A DNA stretch of 64,000 nucleotides from Ramazzottius varieornatus (taxonomy: Eukaryota; Animalia; Tardigrada): contig BDGG01000006.1 of the NCBI GenBank assembly GCA_001949185.1, positions 1,718,827 through 1,782,826 on the forward strand, in the 5' to 3' direction. Shown in pieces: positions 1 to 13,930 of the stretch; position 1 is the stretch's first letter; each line of letters starts with the position of its first letter. Position numbers and translations under genes: made by a program. A model generated the notes under the pieces. It saw only the letters and a list, made by a program, of their open reading frames with translations. It was not told the origin of the DNA and searched no databases.

Positions 1-2795
1 CAGCCAAACATCACTGCGGCCTCCAGTTACCGACCACGCATCTGTTTTGGCTATTTGATTAATTCGAGATGTCGCTTAAACACAATCCTCATTCATCTGC
101 CCACGCTCAACGATCATTCGTATCGACGGTTAAAAACATATCCTCTCCATAACCACTGTCAAGCGCCCACATGTCAAATCAAAATAATATATTCAAGGTC
201 AAAGGACGCGTTGCATGTTATTTATTACCCGTCGCCTAAAATTAGCTCCATCGGGGCAATGAAGTAATTGTAATGCGATGGAGAATGTGATGCCTCCAAA
301 GCACGGATGAATTGTGCGACTAATTATCCATTTAGCCTAAAAAAAACATGATCATTTTTCTTCATACAGTTTGGCAGTTTTGCTGATGGTCCATAAAAAG
401 GACCATTTGTGAGTGACGCTACTCCAACGCATATTTCAAAGGCGGCATTCGTGAAGTATTCACTGTCGATTTCCGGTAATGTGTTTTACTGCTGGAAAGA
501 GGCGTGATGATCCATCAAACGTAACTACCAACAGAAAATGGAAATTCCCGTTGGTTTTTATTTATCCGCTTGACAACATGCTTACAGCCCGCAATGTTCG
601 ATATCGATTAGACAAAGAAAGCGTGGCGCTCGGTGGAAAAAACCTAACCAATGACTTCCGCTGGTGTCTCTTCCTCTGCTTGGTAAAATGCTCAAGTAGA
701 AAAAAGTTGAACAGTGGCTGTCAACGGCAATTATACAATGGAAGAGTCGAGTTGAGGAGGCTCGGATTTGGTTTCCAGTAGCCACAGCGGAGTCGACATG
801 TCATTGAGATCGTTGAACTTGTACAGCCTTTCTTCGAGTTCGACTTTGCATATCCGAGTGCTTAGCGAGCAGCTCGCCGCGTAGACTACCGAGTGAGAGT
901 ACTCAGTCGTAAACACGGATAGAAAAAGAAAGAGGAAAGAGCGCGTCGCGCATCGGAAGGAAGAAGGAAGGCGGATACCCCAATCCACTTGTTAATTGCA
1001 CAATGCGCGACTTACTATTCAGTACTAGCCTACAAACGCCAAGGGGAAGAAAAACAGAGTCTGGACCTTAATAGTGCGCTGCCAGCTTCGAACAACTGTA
1101 GCCATGTCAAGGCGGAGTAAGTCGGATGCATGCCTAGAGAACCCATACACATCGGCGCATTTCCATCCTTCTTGTTGTACAACTCTCTTCTGACAGATTC
1201 TTCATTTATGTGGGCATTTCGAGGGCAATGTTATATCATAAGATGCAACGCCCGGAGGGAAGTCAGATTCACACAAGCGTGAACATCTCGAGAAGATTGA
1301 CGAGCCGGCGATCGAGAACGTTTCCTTATCGCGTGCTTTTCTCTTTCATTCCTCGCTGATTTATTAATTTGGATGAAACCGTTTGTTGCGGTATGGAACA
1401 TACGGTGCGTCAAGTGGATATTGGGTATATCGTCGCCCTTCAATATTACTGTGTTAACGTAAAGATCATTAACGTAAAGTACTAGGTCCTTCATTTCGAC
1501 TTGTCAGCACGAGATAGCATAACCGACATACTGGGCGCTAACGGGCTCGGTTCTCTGCTGCTGTTGCTTCTGGCCTACTGTGCGCCATCCATCAGTGTCT
1601 CCTCGATCATTCTGTATGAATCCTCCCTTCCGGTGGAAATGAGCTTGCCGGATAATACTGTAAAGAGCGCCACGCACCATATGAGGCTGAAGTTGCGCGG
1701 TTGTGCTTCACTGTGGAACGACCACATTTTGAGCCGGCAGACCACATGGAGAATCCATCGTACAGTACTTTGAAGCGTTTTATGGATTTCGCCTGTTGAT
1801 CGATGTGGCTCTAGAATATACTTTTGTGGAAAGATATAGCTGGAACCTCTCGTCATGATGGGAAAATTTCCGATACCAAATGACCTTGGAGTATTCCAAT
1901 TTTACCTTAGGGACGTCAGTCACTTCCGCCTGTGAGGACTGCCTGCCAAGAGGTGCCTGGAATTTGTCACCCATCCTTCTCGGCCGTTGTTGTCGGCTTT
2001 TCGTGGAATTTCACCACACTTCATCGTCGTTTTGCTTCCTTATAACCCACCTGGTAAGAACGCTAACATCTTTCAAAATTGCTCTTAGGTCGGGGTGACT
2101 ACTCTGACCAAGTTTCAACCCCAAAATACCTGGTTGATCCCCCCAGCAGTGCAGATGCTTGTCTAAAAGATTTGGCCTCTGGTCGGTGAAAAAACCAATT
2201 GGCACGCTGGGGATGTGGGACCGCAGAAAGTATTACAGCGCAGGAACACGCAGGTCCGTTTTCTTTGCAAATCGATGCCGGAAGTTCCGTGAGGTAACAT
2301 AGAGTTCAGGCCTGATACACAAATCGTCTGAAGCAAGGGAGCCCCCTCACGATAATGAGGGCATACAAGTCGCTGATACTCTTACAATGTTTCTCGTATA
2401 ACAATAACAATCTTAATGAGGAATGACAATGTTAACAAGACCTATTGATGTGGTGTCGAGGCCTGAGCCAGTTGTCCAGATTTGTGGACTCGGATTCATT
2501 GCCTTAGCTCCCACCTAATTATCATCTTGTACCGGCCCATTAATATCATCCCTTTGTCGATCATTGTGTTGGCGTCTGGAGACTCCTATCAGCCTTTTGC
2601 ATTAATATATCTTTTGGCACGAAAGCTCGATCCGTGTCTGCTTTAAATTTACTGCCAGTCAAATTGACAGTAGGTTATCTCATTTCTCTACATTCGATAA
2701 CTCTATTGATCCAGCAGAGCTTCATCTCTCCTTCCAACTGCACTCTGGAGACCGTGACATACCGAAAGAGTTCCTCACAGTCAAGAAGGTTCTTG

Positions 2796-2926
2796 CAAGT
2801 GGCGCAGGCTTACGGCCAGTAACACCGACAGCGTGCGCCACTTGAAAAGGAAATAAACTTGATAAGGATTGCTTTTTCAAGTGGCGCATGTCTCCAGCCA
2901 AACACTTCAGGAATGTGCGCCACTCG
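2796..2926. repeat. Fixed-spacer palindrome family A, 2 units (intergenic)
   Basis: CAAGTGGCGCA-N27-TGCGCCACTTG twice. Confidence 0.9.
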
Positions 2927-5900
2927 AGAGAACGACCCCGGCAAGACCAGTTTTTACGGGAGGGACTTTTCAAGATCGACAGACCGCCTTTCACGTGACG
3001 GTTATTCCATAAACCCATTTGACTGAAATGCACTATATGCCGTTTTATTGATGGCCCTAAACGACGATAGCACAGTTTGCACATGTTCCTCAAGGAGAGA
3101 GTTCTTTTGCATATGTATGTTTACAATGGACATTCATACGCATATGATACCATAAAATCCGCCAATCGACACGACAAACACATGCGAGCGCTTAAAATCT
3201 GTCAAGGGCACGGCAGAAGTGGCCGAACAGGCAACGTTGAAATATATAACAGAGATCCGCTAATCTCGTAGAAATCCCTTGTATGGAGGGACCCATGTGC
3301 TATCCATCAGAAGGGAACGTTGTGTAAACAGACGATACTCCATCTTTGCTTCTGTGTTATTGCACAGTGACTGACAAGCTCGCTCCTCTAGCTCGATCAG
3401 TCTTTTGGCCCTAAAAACTCCTCCATCATGTCATGGCCAGTTTGTTTACATAAGCACGACCTTGCCCCAAGTCCTCAGCTTTTCACCTCGTGATGCTCTT
3501 TACGGCACCGTTTACATTATGCTGAGCACTTTTGTGTTGACCTTCGGTCTAATGTATCATCAACAGATCCGCGTGACTTTCAAGTGACCCTTTCTGCATC
3601 TGGTAGAAGGCGCAAAAGCACTGGGGTTCTGCCATCGCAGGTTCACCGCCCTGGCGTCGCCGCCGGATGTAATATAATTGGCAACACGTGCTAGACGCTC
3701 ACCATTTGCTAAATGTCTTGATGTCCGCTTTCTCTCCAGCAGGAAAAGAAAAACCTCATGAAAGCTTTCCTCCGCGACACGCTGTCGGGTTCTCACATAG
3801 GGACCGCTTTTCTCTTTTTAAGCATCCCTGGTGTCATTGTGTAATGATTTCCGCTCTTGTGTTCGGTTTACTGTTCACCGCCCACAGTAAAATTACGGCA
3901 CGTGTACGTTTACGGAACGTTCAGCAAACTCCAAAAGTTCGGGGGAGAAAATTGTTATTTCTTCCCTTGTTATTTCTTCCGAAAATTCAGGATGGAATCT
4001 TGAGGTTTCACGGTCGCTGAATTCCATGGTCCTCATTGCTGTGATCGTCCGCTTGTTGTGTGGAATGACAATGCAGTAAAAAAGTAAATGACTTTATGAA
4101 ATTACAGCAAGTGTCAAACCATAGCATGTGTCTCGGGCTTTATGGAGTTGATGCGTTGACCTTACGCAACTATCACTTAGCCTTTCGATACTGTGAATTC
4201 GAATGGAACTAAGCTCTTGGAAAAAGAAACACATGGAACAATTGGATTAGCATTTCAGACGTGGAGTGGGCCTACAGTAACATCGCATTTCTATTCAGTT
4301 GCAAACAATGACACTGAGAGAGGTTTCTACCGGAAAAGACAGAGTAATTCGTATCACTGACGCGTGACCTCTTCTTTACTTCTTTAGAATCTTCACGTAA
4401 TAATCGCAGTTTCTTCTCCGTGATTTCCCTTCCCATTTGGCACGTGCATGTTATTCCAGTGGGAACTCTGGCCATGCTTTGATCTCATCAGTCATCAAAG
4501 CCTTCCACTGATTTCCAACGACGCTCGAGTCGTTATGCAACTTATCTTGTCGACTAGTATATGCTCAAATCTAGACATCCTCTGCAGGCGTCGATTTGCT
4601 TGTTGAAATCTCAGTAACTTCAAGACCGAAGTCGTTTCATCTTCGCCTCCTGAAAGCTTGGACTGGCGGTTTCCTCCACAGTTCCGTGTGACAGGCATTG
4701 GAATCTGCGATCGAGGAACTGCTCGATTGACTAGGGAAACATCACAAGAACTGCAACGGCGCTAATTTGTCTCCGGCTTTCACAGCACCAACAACGTCTC
4801 ACTTGGTCTTATGGGATATGCTTGCATATACTGTAATTGGGTGATGTAATGTAAAGAGTGTCTAGACTTAGCCGCCCATCGACTTCTCGATGCTTCCTTG
4901 ATCCTCGTTAAAATCGCATCACCATAAATGTCATGCTCGTTCTGGCTGTCGCCAGTCTGTTTGTTTCTTTGCGTACAAGTGCAGCGCGCTTGGAAGGTCG
5001 CTGCTTCCCTCGTCTCAAGATCTCCATGTGCTGGGGACCTTGACGTGTTTATAGCAACGAAAGGAAATTACATCAAGCACATAAATCTAGCCGACCGTGA
5101 AATGGAAAACGACGCTTGTCATCGATAAGAAATAATGAATTGTCTTTATGGGAATTCCGCTCTACTTTTACAACATTCCGAGCGGAGTGACCTCACTATT
5201 CTTGCTATGTTGTGCGCGGAACGTACGCTGTGGTCGTCGGTTCAGCCGGGAAAACCAAGCAGAAGGCTCATTAAGAAGAGGTAAAAGTCGTACCAAGGTT
5301 TCCGCAGGTTAAGTCGCTCACAATGGCAATGGTCTATCCAACCACTGGGCACAGTTTCTACGAGTTCCGATGCATGATAAATTACCGCATTGTAATGAGA
5401 AGCTACTTCAGCCTGCACCACATATTGAGGTGTCATCTGGCTGTAATGGTTCGATATGTTTGCCCAATCCTATTCCGAACCCATCAAGCGGTATTCTGTT
5501 TCGATTAACTATAATACCGTTATTCAGTCATTGGTCGCGTCTAATCGGACCAGTAGGATGGTTGATGTTGCTCCGGTAAGAGTAGTCCGACCTTATCGCA
5601 AGCTTGAAGTTTGCATTAAAAGTTTGCATCAAAAGTTTGCAATGGTACGATTGACCAGCTGCTGGCGAGTCGCCTTAACGATTATTGGTAAGACTTTCGA
5701 CCCATCAGTGTCAAGTTCGCTCGAAGCAACCCTCCCTTTGGATCTATCATGCTGAAGCAGGAATCTTTAAATTCCTTTCGCATCCACGTTTGGAAAATAA
5801 AACGTTAAAGTGAAGACCGGTCTTCAATGCATGCATGGATCATGGTGGCGCCACCTTCCGGCATAGGTACAGAATTTCTGCACTGTTTAAGCCTGGAAAT

Positions 5901-8900
5901 AATTGGGAGGGAGATCAGCAAAGGTTAGCACGGCTTATGGATGCGTCCATTGATGAGCCAGGAAGTAACCTCGTCTGCATGGTCAGATTTCGCCACTAAG
6001 TAATCGACAAGCCAAAATAGCACTTGAAGTCTCGGTTCAACGCCAAGTTCAGAACTTCAGGCTAGCTTTCGTTGTCACTGAGCTGGTTGATTCGGCTCCT
6101 GTTGATAGTTGCACCTCCACGTTCACAGTGGACCGCCAGCATGATAAAAGATCCGACTGTCACTATCAACGGCTCTACCACTGGCTGGCAACAAGTATTA
6201 TCGGTAGGTGCGTTTGGATGACGGAGAAGCCTGGATAAATATTTTGCGCAGTATGTATTATAAGCCAGAAATTTCCGAATCTGTTTTCCGATTAACTGCT
6301 CAGCAAACGGTGCGCCATACTGTAACACAGTACATCACCATCCTGGTGAAAACATCCGTCATCACCGGAACCGCCCCAGCAATATCGCTTATCGTCTCAG
6401 GTTACTGGATGTCAATCTAGCGGATAAACTGCCGTTGATACAGTACGTGTCCCCGTCGTTTGGTAAACGTATGGCCGAATATTCAGCCTGGGTTTGGTCG
6501 ATAATATCTCAGGGACAAACATGTTTTTCAAATGATCGAGTTGATGATTTGAAAGGTGGAGATATAGGCCGGGCACTGGTCCGTCTATCAGGACGGTAAA
6601 TATGTACGGTTGCCTCGACAGATGGCAGTCGATAGCTCGGATATCGATGCGAAGCCGTGAGGTGCCTTTCCATCGTCATAGTCGGACGAAGTACCCACAG
6701 CTAAACATCTTTATTTACAGAAGCCATGGCCGGAGGAAATGGAAAGAGCCGATCCCTTGAATTGGTTATCTGATCCGCGCAAGCAGCAGATATGGTCTTT
6801 CCAAGCGATCGACCGTAAAGCCGGAAAGAAGAGTTACAGTCTGTATCAGATTATTATTAATATCTATATTTCCTTCTTCCTTCCTTCGCACTTTGTCAAC
6901 CTCCCAGACAATGCCGTAGTGTGAAAACTAGTCCAAATCTCAAGCTTGATATAACTCGACATCAAACAGCGACAGCCCAATAATGCTCCAGTTTCTTTTC
7001 TTCTACACTAAAGCCTAAACTTACCTCCTGGTTGTTTATCCGCCATCTCCAACGGTACCTTTGTTGATTTGACAGCCTAGTGTCAGTTTGTCAAGTCTTA
7101 CCAGTCTTACAGCTCGAAGAGTGTAAGTGCCTCATGATCAGTTCAAACATTATTCGATTTCGTCGAAGTTTTAACTCAGAGCTGAAATTTTTGGTGAAAT
7201 TTGACTTGTTCCAAATGAGAAATTAGATATTTGAAACGATAGCCTTCAAGAAGTCACGCGGATTCTAGGTACCGATTTCTTGTGAATCAGTGGGTTAATA
7301 TCAGAGGAACGTTGGCCCGTTTACTGATGAGCTGGTTGATTGTATGCGTGCGACTTTCTGGAGATATCCCGCCATGTCACGCTGGCATCTCTGGGAAAAG
7401 CTAATTTGATCACAGGAGCGAAAGATAAACTTGAGTGAAAACATTTTGGCCCATAACACTTCCGCCAAATTTGACGGTAGGCATGTGCGTGATCCGCCTT
7501 GATTGCCTGCCTACGTTTAGTCAACAATTTGGCCCATTGAGTATAGTTAGACGAATCAATCTGGGCCTTTGTGAGGCTGTCAGGAGTTGAATAAGCAGTG
7601 GCTGTAGACGGTAAGTCGGTAATACCCGTGCTTCCTTCCTTCCGTTCTTCCTTTGGCTCCATCTCCCCGGGGTGCCTAACATAATCAGCGCGTGAAGAGC
7701 CATCTAGGCTGCTGCCCACTGTGGGACTCGTGCTCGAGAGCTCCTTGGGGAGCCGTCACTGATTGAATCAAGCACTTCCTGAAGTGTATTCTACCTTTCT
7801 GCCCTTTCTGGCAAATTTGCCCTTTTCAATCTGTGCCTTGAAAACCCCGATTGTTGTGCAGTTTATTTCCTCTGCAGCAGAAAATTGAATTCAGAATTCA
7901 TTCCCCCATGTCTGTTGCGAAAACATAGTGCCATTGTCCAAGAAAGATAACTGCAGTTTGAAGATTAGCATAGTCAATTAATCATGACCACAGATTTATG
8001 AAATTATGGGCATCAGAGTAGAGAGATTTTCAAACACTCTAACAGTATATTAGACCTGAGAAGTTTTCAAGAACGAAGTGTCAGAATCGATCTGGGCAAT
8101 CAGCTTTTTGAACAAAGCACGACGCAGAAGCGTGTCGACTTCGTGGACAAGCTTTGATCAGTTTGTCGAGACCTGTTCACAGTAACAGTCCATGCCCTTT
8201 TTTCCCTGATCAGATTAAGTGTCTCCAACGCTTGTGTTTATTCGAGGTAAAACAATAGTCCTCAACTTCAAACCACCGGGATAAACCCTTTATTCCGCGT
8301 AATGTTTAACCATGCTTCCTCGGCCGTAGTCCTGGCTCAAAGTGTCGATAGGCCATGGTCGAAGTACCCACAGCGGCTGGCCATGCTTGACATTCTCGGT
8401 TGGCCGTGTCTGTGCGACCCGTGGCAACTGTCCAAATATTGAACCAAGCGCGAAGCTGCTTTTCTGCATCCCCGTTCCCTCCACGTACTACTCATGTGCT
8501 TCTCACTCCTTGTGCATTTTACAGGCTCAACCATATCTTCCCTTCGTTGCCTGCAGCTAGTCCTGCGCTTCAGTCACACCGAGCCTAACCTTGTTTCTTC
8601 AGAAAGGGGACAGGAAACAGAAATATTAAGGTGGAGGGATGTGGAAACAACAACAGCCGGAACCGACTGTGTTGGCGAAATCTTATACATACCCCGCTTC
8701 CTTCCTTCCGTGTGCATAACCGCCGGGAGGAAGTCGATCTGTGGCATCTTCCATATTGCGTAAAAGGAAGAATCTCCCATGTGACTATCCAGTGATTGCA
8801 GCTACAGCGTCCGACGGAAAACAAAACAGCGCCCTTCGTCAATTACTAATCATTATCCCATCTTAGATTTTACCTCATCTTCCCCATCCAGAAATACTTA

Positions 8901-9155
8901 CGCTTCAACGAGGACTTCATTCGTGATTGAGTGAGCTTCACGTCGGATCATTACAATATACGCGGCATAAAAGGTGACTTCCTGGGAAGATTGCCTTGAT
9001 TTACTAAACGTCACGTCAAACCGGCGCGTTTTTTTATCAGAGACGGTGGGAAGCCTGTCAGACGGACCCTCTTCACAAATCCGCTACTTCTGTCGTCGCA
9101 GATTTTTTCCGCTTGGAGGATCGAGAGTAATTGGAGAGGATTCAGCTCTTTGGCA

Positions 9156-12100
9156 TGGCTGAATGTACTGGAGGCTTTTGTAATCCGGCACTTGATGAGG
9201 CCAATGTGGCTCTTCACCTGCCGTCGACTTTTTATTATTCCTCCGCGTCTCTTGCCGATCTCCCAGAAAACTATCCCGATTCAGTGCTTTGCGCCAACTT
9301 TACACCGAACATCACTGCTCCGCCTGCTGTTGAAATGGGGCACAACAGTCTGCTTTTGGCCGTGAATATCTATTATGGATTGATTTATATTGTGGGCATG
9401 TGCGGTAATTCCCTTGTGGTAAGTCTGAGTAAAATAGACTCTCAACAGCTTCGCCAGCAACGCTGTAATTCCGCCCCAGATAAACCTCTGCATTAGTTGT
9501 GTTTCATTCGTCTCTGTTATTTTTCTATAAATAAAAAAAGCAGCAGGTTTTCCACAGAGAAATTCTGTTGATTCTGACGGTAGATTTTTGTTTTGCACAG
9601 TGGCTGAATTCTAGCATGCTGTGAGCAAAATTGCCGTTTTACTACAAACTGTTCTTCGAGTCGTCGTCACAGGTATTTCTGTAAGGGGTTTTTCCATTTC
9701 TAGCTGTACGTTGTGTGCCGCTATTCGAAGATGCACACCGTTACCAACTTTTTCATTCTGTCCCTCGCGCTGGCTGATATCTGTTTCCTCATCAACGTGC
9801 CATTTCTGATGGTTACGGCCTTCAAGAACAAATGGATATTTGGCGATTTCTACTGCAAAATGTAAGTCCGTCTTTTGCACCGATTTCCAGTTTGTCTCCT
9901 TGGGCAAAGACCTCGTGTGCCAACTGCGCCACTAAGGGTGATGATGGAGACGACAGAAAAGCAGCAGGCGATAATGAGAAGTTAGCCATGTATATTTTTG
10001 CAGCTTTTTGACAATGACAACTGTCAACCAGTTTGCCTCCAGTTTTTTCCTCCTAGTGATGAGCGCTGATCGATATTGTAAGTGTATTCTCTGCTCTAAA
10101 AGACACTTTATTTCGATCGTCCATTTTCCGCTGGTTTCTTACCACGTTTTTTTCTTTCTTACCCTCCACAGTTGCCGTCTGGTAAGTACCACTCTGGTTT
10201 GTCTAATGAAGACTGTGGGTCATCATTCCAGTGCGTCCTTGTAGGTTCTCATGAGATAAATTTGACCCTCTTTTGTATTCTCAACAGTCACCCCATCAAA
10301 AGCAATAAATATCGCACTGCTAAGGCCGCCATCGTTGTTTGTTCCGCTATCTGGGTGACCTCCGTCATATTGAGTAAGAGCCATCTTAAGTTACATTGTG
10401 ATCAAATATCGGTTCTTTCATTGGATTCACTCAATATGATATCTGGTCTAACGTCATGAGTCACGATGTTAATTAATTCCAGTGATCCCCGTCTTCATCT
10501 ACGCTGGATTGAGCCCCTACCCTCAGATACCCGATGTCTGTGCTATACACTGGCCGGGAGGAGAATACGTTGATGGAATGCAAGCCTTCACGTTATACTG
10601 TCTCGTGCTGGGCTTCGCCTTTCCCTTGGTCCTCATCGTGGCTTTTTACTCCATGGTCGTCCGACGACTGGGGACACTCGGCCCCAAAACCGTCAATGGT
10701 CAAAGCGATGCCAGGAAAAAGTCACATCGAAAGGTCACTGTCATGGTTCTGGCTGTCGTCACCGCGTACCTCATTTGCTGGCTGCCTTATTGGTGAGCGA
10801 CTCTCCGACATCTTACTGATGAGTCATATCAGCAACAAAAATACTTGGGAACGTTTGTCTCGTACTGTAAGGCTTCATGAAGGCTTCATGAGTGATGTCA
10901 CGGTGCGCGTAGGGTTTACGGGTAGGATGACGCATACAGCACATGCTCACTACGGCGTAATTCGCTAACTTCATGAAGCATGAATCTATTACACCCCGTT
11001 CAAGCCAGATGTGTACACCATTCTCTTCCAAGCCGTTTGAAAAATCAGGTTTGTGCATTCCAGCACAGCTAGCTCATTTTCGTGAAACGGTGGGCAGTTC
11101 TCGTGGCTAGATAACTAGGCCAAGCATAAACCGATCAAATGTTTGGTTTTGCACAAAAGATTATTCGACCAAGGGTGGGTAGTCTTCCGAGCGAGTTCCA
11201 GCTGTTTTCGGCTATTTTCACTTTTGCAAAATAGTGACTAGACGGACCCAAGCGACCTATGGCTCGTTGTGTAGACACTTGCATATCTCGTCGTTCTGTC
11301 CAGCACTCTGTTTTGATTACCTTAGTTTAAAAATTTGAAAAGTAAAGTCTGTTTTTGAGGTTCTGAAAAACATAGAGGAAACACGACCCCGTATTCGTCG
11401 TTTGCTCTGGGTGTCAGCGGTTCCCGAGCCAGGATTTTTTTGCGCACTTTCGCTGAAACTGGGATGCATTTAAATTGTGTATATTTTAAAGAGAATAGCT
11501 CAAGGTATCTGACCAAATTGACTAGAAGTCGATGCGGTCCTTGGAAGAGTCAACCGAGAATATTAAAGACGCTGTAGGTATTTGGCTTGAACGCCCTGTA
11601 TGAATGGACTCACCCAGATCGTTTACCGAAGTGGCGCAGGCTCTCGACCAATAACAATGAATGGGTGCGCTACTGTGGGAAACGATCTTGCCAGAATTTT
11701 TTTCATGTGCTAACCTGGGCTGTTTGCAGGATCGCTCAGGTTGTGCTGGTATACTCGAACGTCCTCATGCACAACGAACCAGTCAGCTCGTCGGCCTCAT
11801 CCCGCAACATCTCCATAACCGAACACTGTCTGCGGTACCACAACACTTTGAACAACGTACCTCCGGACGATCCAGAATGGGATTATCGTCAGTCCGTCGT
11901 CGTCCACATCATGGCTTTCCTTCAAGGTCTGTGTTACACCAACAGTGCCGTCAACCCGCTGCTGTACGCCATGCTGAGCGAGAACTTCAAGAAGTCCTTC
12001 GCGGCTGTGTGCTGCGCACGACGTGGTGCCATGGAGCATCTGGCCGTACCGGAACCCAGCGTCTATCAGCGGTCGCGGAACTTTGCGGGGTCCGTACGGA

Positions 12101-12351
12101 GAAAGATTATGGGCGACATCGACCATGACGATGACGGATACGATGAAGACGACAACGCGGATACGATACTGACCGATGAGTCCGCCCGAAAGGGAAACTC
12201 AGGTGCCTCGACGAGCTTTTTGCAAGTTAGTTCAGTTACCAGGAATGGATCTGTCAGGTCGACCGTGTCTTCGCGGTCGCCCGCTGCTTCGAAACGGAAT
12301 GGCTACAAACATGCGGCACTGCCTACTAAAGAACATGAAGATGCGCTTTAA
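9156..12351 (+). CDS. Allatostatin-C / somatostatin-type class A neuropeptide GPCR (multi-exon)
   Basis: Spliced reading gives TM1 GMCGNSLV, TM2 TNFFILSLALAD, WIFGDFYCK, TM3 NQFASSFFLLVMSADRY, FAVCHPI, TM5 FTLYCLVLGFAFPL, TM6 RKVTVMVLAVVTAYLICWLPYW and TM7 YTNSAVNPLLYAMLSENFKKSF. GT-AG introns, including a 10-nt microexon at 10172-10181. Confidence 0.9.
11628..11676. repeat. Palindrome family A, 1 unit (GPCR last intron)
   Basis: GAAGTGGCGCA-N27-TGCGCTACTGT with outer AGATCG/CGATCT. Confidence 0.85.
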
Positions 12352-12974
12352 ACAACTGCAAGAAGGATGGCTCCTACACTTGATATAACCTGCGTATTAT
12401 AACAAACAAGACTACTTGTAGCATGAAATTCTAACTTATTTCATCTCTTTTCATGCAGAAGTTTTACCTGTGTTATTTACTCATTTTCTTCGGCAGTGCA
12501 CTGTTTTATCAAGACTCAAACCGCGGATGGGAGGACGATAGAGTTTTCTACACGTGTAAGAATGCCTGCTGATAAACTGAAGTCTGTCCTGACGACACGG
12601 ACTTACGGTCGAACAATTGTCAATTGTCATCACCTCACAAGCGAGCGGTTTCAGAGCTCACCTCGAAATCTTCGACTTTTGCTCTTTTCTATGATAGATC
12701 AGACCTTCGCGTAACTTTTATTGGGGAGAAGACCGGCGGAATACCACTTTTCAAACTTGCAGAAATTTCGAAATGAACGGAATTTACTGCGACCATCACA
12801 ACAGCCTACTTGAGGCTACCGGTACTTCCCCAGTCATGGGCGTACATCTCACCAGAGATGGGACTGCCGACAACAGAATTGATCTGATTCTACTTTGAGA
12901 GGTTTCTCCCTGTTCGGACGAGCATCCGGTCCATTATACTGATCATACAACATTTAGGATCAGTCTTGGTTTGC

Positions 12975-13133
12975 TACACGAATTCTGGGTGCATTTTGGG
13001 TTCAGTAAAGGTTCATACATGAACCATACATGAAACATACATGAACCCGTTATGTGATATCAATGTCCCATAGACGTATATGTCACATATATGAACCTTT
13101 ACTGAACCCAAAATACACCCAGAATACTCTGTA
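12975..13133. mobile_element. TA-flanked MITE
   Basis: ~45-bp inverted repeats ATTCTGGGTG(C/T)ATTTTGGGTTCAGTAAAGGTTCATA bounded by TA. Confidence 0.8.
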
Positions 13134-13155
13134 GCCCAGGACCGATCCCAAATGT

Positions 13156-13930
13156 TATCAGGCCGAGCGAAGCGAGGCCCTTTATGTCTGTCGGGACGAT
13201 CGATCAATGGACGATCAGATTCTTCGAGCTTTCAGATATCGGAAACACAGTACTGAAAAAAGACACGCCACTTGATCGGGGCGATTAAAAATTTTACTGG
13301 GGAACCGTACTGTGAGTCACAAGTAAAAGTGCTCGCTCTACAATGGTTTGCCTCCTTTGCTCGGCCTTTCCAGTGGTCAGAACCACTAGCTAGTATGGTC
13401 AGTATAATATATCGGAGGCTCTTCCGAGCAGGGCAGAGTCCGACTAGAGACATACGAAAATTCTCAGAAAACTCTCGGTTTTCCTTGGGAGATGCTCCGA
13501 ATAGAGCACTGGGCCGCAGGTCCAAAAGAACGCTTTAACTGTGCTGCGCACATTACCACGTCGCTGTACGCTGCGCTGTGTTGCACAACTTTCATGCCCA
13601 GCGGCTGGGCAGCTGTGCTGCAGATCCACATGGACCTGTTGCGACTGCGCTGCATGTTAATGTACTAAGACATACGAGAATTCTCAGAAAAATCAGCAAA
13701 ATCGGTAGTCAACCCAATCGGTAGTTAACCTAGAGACCGTGGCCCCACAGTACGGCAAAACTCAGATGCTTGAAGTTTGAACACCCAAAAGCTCCAATTT
13801 TTTGTTAGTTTTCGGTACGTGGATCTGCGCGGCAGTCTTCGGCTTCCTGCTGCAATCTGCATGCTGTGCTGTACAAATTTCGCCATTTTGCGCACTGCAG
13901 CTGTGCAGCGCATGCGGCCAGATTCCGTGC
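13156..13930. repeat. Possible Helentron-associated non-autonomous element
   Basis: Starts TTATCAGGCCGAGCGAAGCGAGGCC (hairpin) followed by GTCTGTC; internal direct repeat GACATACGA(A/G)AATTCTCAGAAAA at about 13449 and 13668; GCTGYG-rich tracts. Right end not defined. Confidence 0.35.

Noticed and set aside
55-9100. Numerous short ORFs in the first 9 kb, and antisense or overlapping ORFs elsewhere in the track
   Set aside because: No recognisable domains or consistent exon chains; the overlapping ones are shadows of real exons or intron read-through.
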